DNA of 64,000 nt from Candidatus Latescibacterota bacterium (GTDB taxonomy: Bacteria > Latescibacterota > UBA2968 > GCA-2709665): NCBI GenBank assembly GCA_965248435.1, contig OZ252100.1, positions 1,888,001 to 1,952,000 of the forward strand, in the 5' to 3' direction. This document shows, one piece after another, positions 26,745 to 35,695 of this stretch (its first letter is position 1; every line of letters begins with the position of its first letter). The notes under the pieces were generated by a model. The model was given only the letters and a program-made list of their open reading frames with translations, made no database searches and had not been told where the DNA came from. A program made the position numbers and the translations under genes.

Positions 26745-27395
26745 TCAAGCGATCAGGTCGGCAAGTTTCTCGCCCGACTGCTCTGGAGAGAGGTTAAACG
26801 CGTGCAGACGAAACGAGTCTCCTGCGCCCTTGACGATAGATAGATGACCACGACCCATATGGCCGTGCTCGAATGTCGGTCCACGGTTTTCGCAGAACAG
26901 CCAGATCGCAGCCATGAAGAGCATGCAATGTCCAACCACGAGCACGGTCTGTGCCGCTTCTCGCCTTTCGAGCGATTCAAGAAATCCTCGAAGTCGGCCT
27001 TCGATTACCTCCAGCGACTCGCCTTCCGGAAATGAAGCATGATGTTCGCCCTGTTCCCACTTCTGAACAACGCGGTCGTGCCGCGTCCTGAACGTCGATT
27101 CATCCTGGTCCGTCCCTTCCAGAAGGCCCACATCGACCTCTCGCAGGGCCGAATTGAATGCGGGTTCAATACCGATGCGGCCGCTGACCGTCTCGGCCGT
27201 CTCCCTGGCCCTGCGCAGTGGACTCGAAACGATCGTGTCGACCCGAATTCCCTGCAGTGCGCTCGCCTGGAGTCTGGCCTGCTGGATCCCGGCCTCGGTC
27301 AACGGTAGGTCTACTCTGGAGCCCGCGTAGATGCGGCCCACATTCGACTCGCTCTCACCGTGCCTCAGCAGAAGCAGTGTCATCGATCGATCCAA
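26745..27395 (-). CDS. Histidine phosphatase family protein
   Basis: LLRHGES, SSPL.RA.ETA, LRE.D.G, PEGES, LVVGH. Confidence 0.9.
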   Translation of the reverse strand: MDRSMTLLLLRHGESESNVGRIYAGSRVDLPLTEAGIQQARLQASALQGIRVDTIVSSPLRRARETAETVSGRIGIEPAFNSALREVDVGLLEGTDQDESTFRTRHDRVVQKWEQGEHHASFPEGESLEVIEGRLRGFLESLERREAAQTVLVVGHCMLFMAAIWLFCENRGPTFEHGHMGRGHLSIVKGAGDSFRLHAFNLSPEQSGEKLADLIA

Positions 27396-27408
27396 GAAGT
27401 GTGGCTAT

Positions 27409-27440
27409 AAAAAAAGGGCCGGAAAATTCCGGCACCTTTT
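27409..27440 (-). terminator. Intrinsic terminator after sod
   Basis: Minus strand AAAAGGTGCCGGAATTTTCCGGCCC followed by a T run. Confidence 0.7.
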
Positions 27441-27461
27441 CTCATCATCAATGGGAAGATT

Positions 27462-28190
27462 TCAAACCTTGACGGAATGGGCGTGTTCGTACCTCTCGGT
27501 GACATCCTTCCAGTTAACGACGTTCCACCAAGCCTTCACATAATCCCCCCGCCTGTTCTGGTACTGGATGTAATAGGCGTGTTCCCAAACGTCCAACATC
27601 AAGAGAGGAATGACGCCTGTACCGATCAGGTCCTGTTGATTCATCATCGTCACCACAAGAAGCCGACCCAGGTAAGGATTCCAACCCAGCACACCCCATC
27701 CACCCCCTTCCACCTTCGTCGCAGCCATGCTGAAGTGCTTTGCGAACGGTGCGAATCCTCCAAAATCACGCGCAATGGCCTTCGCCAGGTCACCCGACGG
27801 CTTTCCCCCACCCCCGCCTCCAGGGGGCGCCATGTTCTTCCAGAATATGGAATGGTTGATGTAGCCCCCCATATGAAAGGCGAGCGCACGACTCAGCTGC
27901 TGAATGTTACCAAATTCGCCGGACGTTCGGGCGGCGTCTAGCGCGCTGAGGGTTTTATTCAGCCCACGAGTGTACCCCGCGTGATGTTTGTCGTGGTGAA
28001 TCGTCATCGTCTTCTTGTCGATATGCGGTTCAAGCGCATCGTAAGCGTAGGGCAACGGAGGCAACTCGTAGGATGCGGGAGCAGCTTGTTCACCCTCTTT
28101 GGCGGCAGCCATAGGGACAGGTCCAAATCCGCCTGTCACGATGCTGCCCGCCGCCAAAGCACTTGCTGACAGGAAATCCCTTCGGTCCAT
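27462..28190 (-). CDS. sodA: Fe/Mn superoxide dismutase (probably Mn-type) with a Tat signal peptide
   Basis: MDRRDFL twin-arginine leader; LPPLPYAYDALEP, HH.KHH..Y, NH..FW, DVWEHAYY. Confidence 0.93.
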   Translation of the reverse strand: MDRRDFLSASALAAGSIVTGGFGPVPMAAAKEGEQAAPASYELPPLPYAYDALEPHIDKKTMTIHHDKHHAGYTRGLNKTLSALDAARTSGEFGNIQQLSRALAFHMGGYINHSIFWKNMAPPGGGGGGKPSGDLAKAIARDFGGFAPFAKHFSMAATKVEGGGWGVLGWNPYLGRLLVVTMMNQQDLIGTGVIPLLMLDVWEHAYYIQYQNRRGDYVKAWWNVVNWKDVTERYEHAHSVKV

Positions 28191-28249
28191 ACGCCACCTC
28201 CTTAAGCATAAATTGTGATCACGTTCGATCCACTGATCCGGTTCAAGCT

Positions 28250-28277
28250 AATATATCAGCGCACTTCCAGCAGGCAA
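28250..28277 (-). promoter_or_regulatory. Possible sigma70 promoter of sod
   Basis: Minus strand TTGCCT-N16-TATATT with a TGn extended -10. Confidence 0.4.
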
Positions 28278-28346
28278 GTCATATTTCATGTATGGAAGTT
28301 TTCTTCCTTCAGTCAGGGTCCCTTCATTATCGATTAGAGTCTTCGC

Positions 28347-28880
28347 CTATGGATTTGAATCCCGTTTCAACTTCGACGTATAGGCGGCGGTCGCTTCATC
28401 GGCCAGTTGCTCTGGAGGGAGCGTCGCATCCAGGATGAGGTCGGCAAACGCCTTGTAGACGGGCTCTCGCTTGCCGAGCATCTCGATCACTTCCTCAATC
28501 CCCCCTTGCGAAAGATTTGGACGCGTATCCGAACTCCCGGGGTCGGCCTCTATCCGTCGCCACAATTCCTCTACAGGTGCCCGCAGATACACGATAAGTG
28601 AATCCGTCCACGCGGTCGTCTGATTCTCTTCCCGCATCAGAGAACCCGCTCCAAATGCGATCACGCACTCATCTTCGTTACACATTTCCCGCACGATCTG
28701 ACTCTCTACATCCCTGTAATGAGCGTCCCCCTTCTCCTGGAATAGCTCCGTGATTGTCTTCCCGCTCCTTTTCTCGATTCCACGATCCACATCCAGGTAG
28801 GGCCACCCCAATCGCTGGGACAGAAGCTTGCCCAGGGTCGTCTTTCCGGCCGCTCGGTATCCAATCAATATGATTTTCAT
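28347..28880 (-). CDS. aroK: Shikimate kinase
   Basis: P-loop GYRAAGKTT, D.D..IE, F...G...YRD.E, RP.L, R.P.Y. Confidence 0.92.
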   Translation of the reverse strand: MKIILIGYRAAGKTTLGKLLSQRLGWPYLDVDRGIEKRSGKTITELFQEKGDAHYRDVESQIVREMCNEDECVIAFGAGSLMREENQTTAWTDSLIVYLRAPVEELWRRIEADPGSSDTRPNLSQGGIEEVIEMLGKREPVYKAFADLILDATLPPEQLADEATAAYTSKLKRDSNP

Positions 28881-28905
28881 GACTCGTTCAGAGAATACCC
28901 ATAGC

Positions 28906-29757
28906 CTACATTTTTTTCACCAACGATCTCAATAGCTTCAAGTTTTCCTGGTCCTCTGCCAGGTCCTCCTCCTTCGGTGTTTCGATGACCATCGGGACGT
29001 TCTTCAGTTTGGAGTCGTTCACTACATTTCTGAACGCCTCGATGCCGATTTCGCCTTTGCCGATATGTTCGTGCCGATCCTTGCGGGACCCGAACGGCCG
29101 TTTGCTGTCATTCAGGTGCATCACCTTGAGCCTGTCCAACCCAACCGTCTGATCGAACTGCTTCATCGTCTTTTTGTAATCCGCCGAATCGGTAATCGGA
29201 TATCCCGCCGCGAAGATATGGCAGGTGTCTATACATACGCCGATCTGTGAATCGTTTTCCACCCGGTCGATCATGTATGCCAACTGTTCGAAGGTATTGC
29301 CCAGCACGCTCCCCTGACCTGCTGTAGCTTCCAGGCAGAGCGTGACAGAGTTGTCCGAAAGTTCCTCGAACATGGCGTTGATGTTCGAGACGATTCGATC
29401 CATCCCGGCTTCCTCCCCTGAGCCGACGTGTGCCCCGGGATGGAACACCAGGTTTGGAATTTTCAGGAGATTGCAGCGCTCCATTTCTTCCTTCAGCGAT
29501 CCGCGGGACTTCTTGTTCAGCGCTTCGTCAGGAGATGCGATGTTGATCAGATAGCTCGCGTGCGAACAGGCAACACCGATTCCGGTCTCTTCAATCGTGG
29601 CGAAAAATCGCTCGACGTCTTCGCTCGCGAGTTTTTTGGCCCGCCACTGGTTGTTCGACTTGTTGAACATCTGAATCATATCGCAGGTGGCAGTCTGCCC
29701 CCGAGTGATGGCGTTGTATACGCCTCCCGCGATCGACTCGTGTGCGCCGAATTTCAT
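28906..29757 (-). CDS. nfo: Endonuclease IV (AP endonuclease)
   Basis: GAHESIAGG, HASYLIN, HPG, LE.TAGQG, DTCH.FAAGY, HLNDS...GSRKDRH.HIG.G, ETP. Confidence 0.96.
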   Translation of the reverse strand: MKFGAHESIAGGVYNAITRGQTATCDMIQMFNKSNNQWRAKKLASEDVERFFATIEETGIGVACSHASYLINIASPDEALNKKSRGSLKEEMERCNLLKIPNLVFHPGAHVGSGEEAGMDRIVSNINAMFEELSDNSVTLCLEATAGQGSVLGNTFEQLAYMIDRVENDSQIGVCIDTCHIFAAGYPITDSADYKKTMKQFDQTVGLDRLKVMHLNDSKRPFGSRKDRHEHIGKGEIGIEAFRNVVNDSKLKNVPMVIETPKEEDLAEDQENLKLLRSLVKKM

Positions 29758-29810
29758 CTTTCTCCCCTAGTTGTATTGAGACGAATCGATCTCTGAAGCA
29801 GCATCGATTG

Positions 29811-31157
29811 TCAATACCCCAAATCGGCCGAAACTTCTGAAATCGTTTTCTGTAAGATATCGACAACCCTGTCGACTTCGGTCTCGGTAATCGTAAACGG
29901 CGGACTGATCGCGATGTGGTCTCCGCGAACACCATCAACCAGACCCGGGGCACCTGGCATGACCAGAACCCCTTGTTCGAACGCTCGATCCACGACCATC
30001 GAGGTCACGCCTTTAGCAGGATCAAACGGCGTCCTTGTGTCTTTGTCTGCAACGAACTCGATCCCAATGAGTAGCCCCTTTCCGCGAACCTCTCCTACAA
30101 TCGGCAGTGCCTTTAACGGCAGCAATTTTTCGAGCATCAGTTCGCCCACTGCCGCGCACCGAGAAACCAGATCGTGTCTCTCCACATAGTCTTGTACGGC
30201 GAGCGCGATCGCGCACGAAAGGGGGTTCCCACCATACGTATGGCCGTGCGTGAACCCGGTTGGACTCCTAGAAACCGCTTCATAGATCTTCTCGTTCGTG
30301 ATCGTTGCCGCGATCGGCGTATACCCGCTGCTCAGTCCCTTTCCGGTCGCAACGATATCCGGCGCGATGTCCCAATGATCTATCCCGAAGTTCAGGCCGG
30401 TCCTCCCGAAACCGGTCACCACCTCGTCTGCGATCATCAGAACGTTGTACCGATCACAGATCTCTCGAATCTTGGGGTAATAGTCTGGTGGAGGGGTCAC
30501 CCCGGCGGCGGACGTGCCCAGAATCGGCTCGCAGATAAAGGCCGAAACGGTCTCAGGTCCTTCCTGATGGATCACCCGCTCGAGCTCTTCGGCGCAGGCG
30601 AGATGGCAATCGGGATAGTCCTGTCCATACGGACATCGATAACAATAAGGCGCTGGAATATGGGGAAAATCCAACAGGTAGGGGGAATAGTCCTTCCGCC
30701 ACGCCGTGCGACCGGACATGGAGAGCGCACCGATCGTGTTTCCGTGCCAGCCCTGCCAGCGAGAAATCACCCTGTATTTTCCGGGATTACCTGTTTCCAG
30801 ATGATACTTGCGCGCGATCTTCATCGCGGCCTCTGTCGCCTCGGATCCTCCGGAGACGAAGAACGCCCGGGTCAGGCCATCCGGGGCCAGGTCAGACACC
30901 TTCTCTGCCAGGTCGATCTGAGGCTGGTTCAGGAAGCGCGTGTAGGTAAAGCTGACCTTACTGGCCTGGTCTCGCATCACATCTGCAATCTCTTTTACGC
31001 CGTGTCCGATACTCACAACGTGAACGCCCGCACAAGCATCCAGGTAGCGTCTTCCTTCCGTGTCAAACAGATAGACACCTTCCCCGTGAGAAATCTTTCT
31101 CCAGTTCTCCTTAAACGTCCTGTGGAAGATGTGGTCCATTGTCGTACGATCGTTCAT
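29811..31157 (-). CDS. Class III PLP-dependent aminotransferase
   Basis: SGGSEATE, WHG.T.GALS, IADEV.TGFGRTG, GKGLSSGY, HGHTY.GNP. Start placed at ATG 31157 after GGAGG. Confidence 0.92.
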   Translation of the reverse strand: MNDRTTMDHIFHRTFKENWRKISHGEGVYLFDTEGRRYLDACAGVHVVSIGHGVKEIADVMRDQASKVSFTYTRFLNQPQIDLAEKVSDLAPDGLTRAFFVSGGSEATEAAMKIARKYHLETGNPGKYRVISRWQGWHGNTIGALSMSGRTAWRKDYSPYLLDFPHIPAPYCYRCPYGQDYPDCHLACAEELERVIHQEGPETVSAFICEPILGTSAAGVTPPPDYYPKIREICDRYNVLMIADEVVTGFGRTGLNFGIDHWDIAPDIVATGKGLSSGYTPIAATITNEKIYEAVSRSPTGFTHGHTYGGNPLSCAIALAVQDYVERHDLVSRCAAVGELMLEKLLPLKALPIVGEVRGKGLLIGIEFVADKDTRTPFDPAKGVTSMVVDRAFEQGVLVMPGAPGLVDGVRGDHIAISPPFTITETEVDRVVDILQKTISEVSADLGY

Positions 31158-31207
31158 CGTTTCCTCCGTGTCGAGGGCAAGACACCTCATTGTCAACGAG
31201 AATCGCT

Positions 31208-32110
31208 TCAGCTGCCACCCTGCCGCGATTCAAGCTCCTCGATCGTTCGCGGCCAATCACCCCTCAGAAGCCGTGAAAGGCGTCGATCCGCCAGGAGCTT
31301 TCCACCCGTCTGACAGTCCGGACAGTAATTCGTTTCGTGCCCCGCGAAGGCAATCCGTTGGATCGACCCCTTGCACGTTGGGCAGGGCTCGCCAAAACGA
31401 CCGTGAGCGGCCATACCTTCTCGAAAAGCCGTCACCTTTTCCGGGAAGGAGGTTTCGCTCTCAGTGCGCAGACGATCGATCCAAAAAAGGAGTGTCGATC
31501 GCGTAGACTCGTAGAGCCTCGTGATCTCATCCTCGCTAAGTCGGCTCGTCCACTTTACGGGCGAGAGTCTGGCTGCGTGCAGGATTTCATCTGAATAGGC
31601 GTTTCCGATCCCACTGAACAGTCGGGGGTCTGTAAGCGCGCGCTTTACGGTGTGATTCTCGCGCAACAATGCCTCCCGAAACGCGGCAAGGTCGCAATCC
31701 AGCACCTCTAATCCCCCAGGATCGTGGACCGCAAGGTCTTCCTCGCCCCGCACCAGGTACAGGGAGGCCCGCTTCTTGGAGCCGGCCTCAGTCAACATCA
31801 GCGTGCCATCCGGGAAGTGGAACGCGCCGAGGTCAGATTTGCTTTTCGGCCGGACCCCGACTTTTCTCCAGTGGAAACGCCCTGCAATCATGAGATGAAA
31901 GATAAAAAAAATGTCATTCTCTATCTGCCATACGATCCGCTTTCCAAACCTCCGGAAACTCAGCACGTTTTTGCCCCGGGCTTCCTCCAATCCAGGGTCC
32001 ACTGAGCGAAGGAGAAACGGGCTCCGTATTTCGATGCCCTCGATGACACTGCCCTGGACCTTTCGCTTCAAAGCCTCGAGATATGCAGTGATATCAGGCA
32101 ATTCCGGCAT
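31208..32110 (-). CDS. mutM: Fpg/Nei family DNA glycosylase
   Basis: Catalytic N-terminus MPELPD at 32110; HLMIAG; H2TH motif SGIGNAYSDEIL; C4 zinc finger CPTC...CPDC. Confidence 0.9.
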   Translation of the reverse strand: MPELPDITAYLEALKRKVQGSVIEGIEIRSPFLLRSVDPGLEEARGKNVLSFRRFGKRIVWQIENDIFFIFHLMIAGRFHWRKVGVRPKSKSDLGAFHFPDGTLMLTEAGSKKRASLYLVRGEEDLAVHDPGGLEVLDCDLAAFREALLRENHTVKRALTDPRLFSGIGNAYSDEILHAARLSPVKWTSRLSEDEITRLYESTRSTLLFWIDRLRTESETSFPEKVTAFREGMAAHGRFGEPCPTCKGSIQRIAFAGHETNYCPDCQTGGKLLADRRLSRLLRGDWPRTIEELESRQGGS

Positions 32111-32357
32111 GGGCCCCTTCTCCGACCGCAGACCACGGACCACTCAAAAAGACCACCCGATTCATCTGGCCGTCCGCCGTAAAGATATGGCAAATTCTGC
32201 CGTCATTCGAAATCAAAACGAGGTGGTCAGAACCCTTTTCGCGGTCCGACGAGGGCACGCCCGAAACAGGTGTCCTGGATCGGGCGCTACTTCGACCCTT
32301 CCATCAGGTCGCTTGTTACTAAGTTATTGATTTATCTATGACATGGATAGAAAGTTG

Positions 32358-32386
32358 TTGACAAAAAGATTCTTGTGCCTTAAAAT
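32358..32386 (+). promoter_or_regulatory. Sigma70 promoter of the SPOR-mltD-mreD-mrdA-rodA cluster
   Basis: TTGACA-N17-TAAAAT. Confidence 0.75.
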
Positions 32387-32462
32387 ATACGCCCTGTCCA
32401 TTTCTTCTTTAATATACAGACGCTTACGGAGATTTACACCGTTGTCCCAGCTCGGTCGCGGA

Positions 32463-33212
32463 ATGAGGTCGCGAGGCGTTTGGGCGCTCTTGCTGGTTTG
32501 GCTTTTCTCTTTTCCGGCTGGGTGTTCGGGTACACGCCGGGAAGTCATCTCACCGCTGACTTCCGCAAGGGAAGAATTCGACCCCATAACGCTCGATGAT
32601 GATGACTTCCTGCTGCAGCCGACAACACCGTCCGGCAAGGCTCCTTTGCCAGGACGAACGCCCCCTCTCTCTCTGTCCAGGGAGATGGCATCGGGATACC
32701 GAGTTCAGATTGCGGCAGTCCTTGACGGCGTGAGGGCCGAGGGAGTCCGAAAGGAAGCCGAACGAAAGTTCAAAACTTCGGCCTACACCAATTATGACGA
32801 AGACACGCTACTCTACAAGATCCACCTGGGAGATTGCCGGAATGCCCCCGACGCCAAAAAGATCCGTGAGCAGGCCAAGAACGGAGGATTTCCGGAGGCG
32901 TTCATCGTTCGAGCACAGATCGAAGTGGCCGCGCGTTCACCTGTCGTGCGACGACCCGAAACGGCCCTGGGTTTTCGCGTGCAGATCTTTTCTGCCAAAA
33001 GCCAGCTTGCCGCGGAAGGGGTTCAAACCGAAGCCAGAGAACAGTTGGGAAGAGACGACGTATACCTTGTACTCGAGGCTCCATATTTCAAAGTTCGGGT
33101 CGGAAATCTCCGTACGCGTAAAGAAGCCGAAGCACTCGTAAAGAAAGTCAAAGAAAAAGGATACGACGCGGCCTTTTCTGCAAGGACGCAGATCTTGGTT
33201 TCCCCGGAATAA
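32463..33212 (+). CDS. Tandem SPOR-domain (lipo)protein
   Basis: Signal ending PAGC; two repeats G(Y/F)RVQI...Y(K)(I/V).(L/V)G...A......GF..AF. Start placed downstream of the promoter. Confidence 0.85.
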   Translation: MRSRGVWALLLVWLFSFPAGCSGTRREVISPLTSAREEFDPITLDDDDFLLQPTTPSGKAPLPGRTPPLSLSREMASGYRVQIAAVLDGVRAEGVRKEAERKFKTSAYTNYDEDTLLYKIHLGDCRNAPDAKKIREQAKNGGFPEAFIVRAQIEVAARSPVVRRPETALGFRVQIFSAKSQLAAEGVQTEAREQLGRDDVYLVLEAPYFKVRVGNLRTRKEAEALVKKVKEKGYDAAFSARTQILVSPE

Positions 33213-33260
33213 CCGTCTCCCAGGAAAGTAAATCTCCTCTCCCACGCGGAGAAGCTTTCT

Positions 33261-35192
33261 ATGGAGACGTGTTCTCCCCTGAACGACCGGGTGAAGATTA
33301 TGAGAACTCCCCCATTCCGTATTGTCTGTCTGCTTTGGGTCATGAGCCTCGCCGGCTGTGCGACGTTCGGTTCCAAAGCACCTCGACCGAAAACCGCGGT
33401 GCCGGCGTCTGCCAAATCCGCGACCGATGCTCCGGCCGATAGTGCTTCCGAAGGCCCCGATGCACCTTTCCATCCTCTGGGACAGATCGATCATCTCCTC
33501 AGGCAGTCATTCACCAGTCTACAGGAAGGCCGACGGCTCGATGCGAGGGCCTCGCTCGATAGCGCCGCTACCCTCCTGACCGAAGTCGTTTCCGACGCGG
33601 AAGAAGCCGAGACTTCATCGCATCGCCTGGGGGGCGTGCTGCGCGTCGCACTGGAACTCTACCACGACCTGATCCCCCAGACCCTGCCCGTAGAGCCGGA
33701 TTCGCCCCTCGCCCATCTTCTGCTCGCCCTGCCATCATCGCTTTCCTCACAACTCGACCAACATCCCTTCTTCGAAGAGTTCATCATTCGGAGGCTAGCA
33801 GGCACCTCCGACGTCCCGATCGACTATGTACCTGAGGTTGTCGAAAGCATCCACTACTTCAGGACCATCGGGCGAAAGGTCTTTGCACGCTGGCTGTCTC
33901 GCTCCAGCGCTTACCTTCCCATGATCCGACAGATCTTCTGGGAAGAGGGCCTCCCCCTGGATCTCGCCTACAAGGCGATGGTCGAAAGCGGCTTCAATCC
34001 TCGGGCTTATTCCAGGGCCAGGGCGGCAGGCGTCTGGCAGTTTGTTCCCCGCACAGCGGTCCTCTATGGCCTTCGTCGCAACACCTGGGTAGACGAGCGC
34101 CGCGACCCGGAGAAGTCCACGCGTGCGGCAGCGCGCCATCTGCAAAACCTTCGCGGCCTTTTCGGAGACTGGCGGCTGGTGGTCGCAGCGTACAATTGCG
34201 GACAGGGACGGCTGCAGCGAATCCTCGAAAAATCTGGAACCCGTGATTTCTGGAAATTGAAAGGGCTGCCAAAAGAGACAGAAATGCACGTGCCTCGCTT
34301 CATGGCGGCCATGATCATCTCCCAGGACCCGGAATGGTTCGGCTTTGTGGACATAGACTACGAGACTCCAGTAACATACGATGTGGTCCCCGTATCCGAA
34401 TGTGTAGACCTGAAAGTCGCCTCGGAGTGTGCGCTGACGACCCACAAAGAAATGAGCCGCTTGAACCCCGAACTTCGGTGGGGCTACACGCCTCCACTCG
34501 GTCGCAGGGGCACCTATTCGCTGAGGGTCCCCAAAGGTGCGACCGAAACCTTTATGCAAAACTATGCGAAGGTCCCCTCGAGCCAAAAGGTACAGATGGT
34601 AGATTACCTCGTTCGCCACGGGGACACGGCTTCCGGGATTGCAACGCGCTTGAGGGTCAGCACAAGGGCCCTCCTTGAAGCGAACAGGATCCGCAACCCC
34701 CGACGGCTCCGGGCCGGCAGTAGGCTCAAGATCCCCATCCGACCTGAGCGCTACTCGCGCGCTCAAGAAATCGCGAATACAGGTAGCGAGGTGGGGGACC
34801 CTCCGAGTCAGGCCAGTCACTTCAATGTCACATACGAGATTCAGGAAGGGGACACACTCTGGGAAATCGCTCGCGATCGTGGCGTTACAATGGAACAGCT
34901 TCAAGCCTGGAACGGGCTTGTGCGCACTCACACGATTCATCCTGGAAAGAAACTGACCATTTGGCGCCCCCGATACGCCTTTGCGATGGCGAACCGCCAT
35001 TCGAAGGACGAAGGTGAACATCTCTATACAGTGAGGCGCGGAGACACGCTCTGGGAGATTGCCCGAGCGTTCGGGACGAGTGTCAAAGACCTCAAGAAGT
35101 GGAATGAGATCCGGGATCCATCCAGGCTCCGGGCAGGAGCAAGTATTAGAAGTATACGGGCAGCGGGAACCGAAAATCGACTGAGCAAATGA
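33261..35192 (+). CDS. mltD: Membrane-bound lytic murein transglycosylase D with three LysM domains
   Basis: Lipobox LAGC (likely start 33300); MVESGF, A.G.WQF, VDERRDPEKST.AAA, AAYNCG; three Y.V..GDT LysM repeats. Confidence 0.92.
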   Translation: METCSPLNDRVKIMRTPPFRIVCLLWVMSLAGCATFGSKAPRPKTAVPASAKSATDAPADSASEGPDAPFHPLGQIDHLLRQSFTSLQEGRRLDARASLDSAATLLTEVVSDAEEAETSSHRLGGVLRVALELYHDLIPQTLPVEPDSPLAHLLLALPSSLSSQLDQHPFFEEFIIRRLAGTSDVPIDYVPEVVESIHYFRTIGRKVFARWLSRSSAYLPMIRQIFWEEGLPLDLAYKAMVESGFNPRAYSRARAAGVWQFVPRTAVLYGLRRNTWVDERRDPEKSTRAAARHLQNLRGLFGDWRLVVAAYNCGQGRLQRILEKSGTRDFWKLKGLPKETEMHVPRFMAAMIISQDPEWFGFVDIDYETPVTYDVVPVSECVDLKVASECALTTHKEMSRLNPELRWGYTPPLGRRGTYSLRVPKGATETFMQNYAKVPSSQKVQMVDYLVRHGDTASGIATRLRVSTRALLEANRIRNPRRLRAGSRLKIPIRPERYSRAQEIANTGSEVGDPPSQASHFNVTYEIQEGDTLWEIARDRGVTMEQLQAWNGLVRTHTIHPGKKLTIWRPRYAFAMANRHSKDEGEHLYTVRRGDTLWEIARAFGTSVKDLKKWNEIRDPSRLRAGASIRSIRAAGTENRLSK

Positions 35193-35695
35193 GAATCATC
35201 CGAAATGCTCTCTTGATCTTGCTGGCGCTGTTGCTGCAAACGACCTGGGTGGATAAGATTGCCGTCGCCGGCATCAAACCCGATATCGTCCTCCTGGTTC
35301 TCGTCTACATAGGGATCACCGAGGGTCAAATCGAAGGGACGATCTTCGGCTTTGCCTCGGGATTCCTGCTCGACGTCTATGACCCCGGGGCGATGGGCAT
35401 CAATTCGCTATGCAACAGCCTCGTCGGTTTTCTCGTTGGATATAGCCATATTGGCGTCGTGGCAGAAGATTTCCGGGTGCAGACGCTGTTGTTCTTTGTT
35501 GCTACACTTTTTCACGATCTGATCTACTTTGCACTCTACACATTTCCCAAGACGCAGGGGTTTATCCATCTCTTTCTTGTTTCGGGAATCGGCACCGCCT
35601 TCTACACGGCCATAGCAGGCCTCTGCCTTTCCTTGTTGCTCTCGATTCGGTTCGAGGAAGGAATCTACTTAGATGCTCGAAGGCTTTATGGCTAA
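35189..35695 (+). CDS. mreD: Rod shape-determining protein MreD
   Basis: LLQTT, KPDI.L, G.IFGF..G.L.D; directly upstream of mrdA. Confidence 0.88.
   Translation: MRIIRNALLILLALLLQTTWVDKIAVAGIKPDIVLLVLVYIGITEGQIEGTIFGFASGFLLDVYDPGAMGINSLCNSLVGFLVGYSHIGVVAEDFRVQTLLFFVATLFHDLIYFALYTFPKTQGFIHLFLVSGIGTAFYTAIAGLCLSLLLSIRFEEGIYLDARRLYG

Noticed and set aside
33795-35021. Long antisense ORFs (408 aa here; also 30174-31313, 13838-14785 and the off-frame 60757-61812)
   Set aside because: They overlap well-supported genes and show no recognisable motifs, as expected for shadow ORFs in GC-rich DNA.
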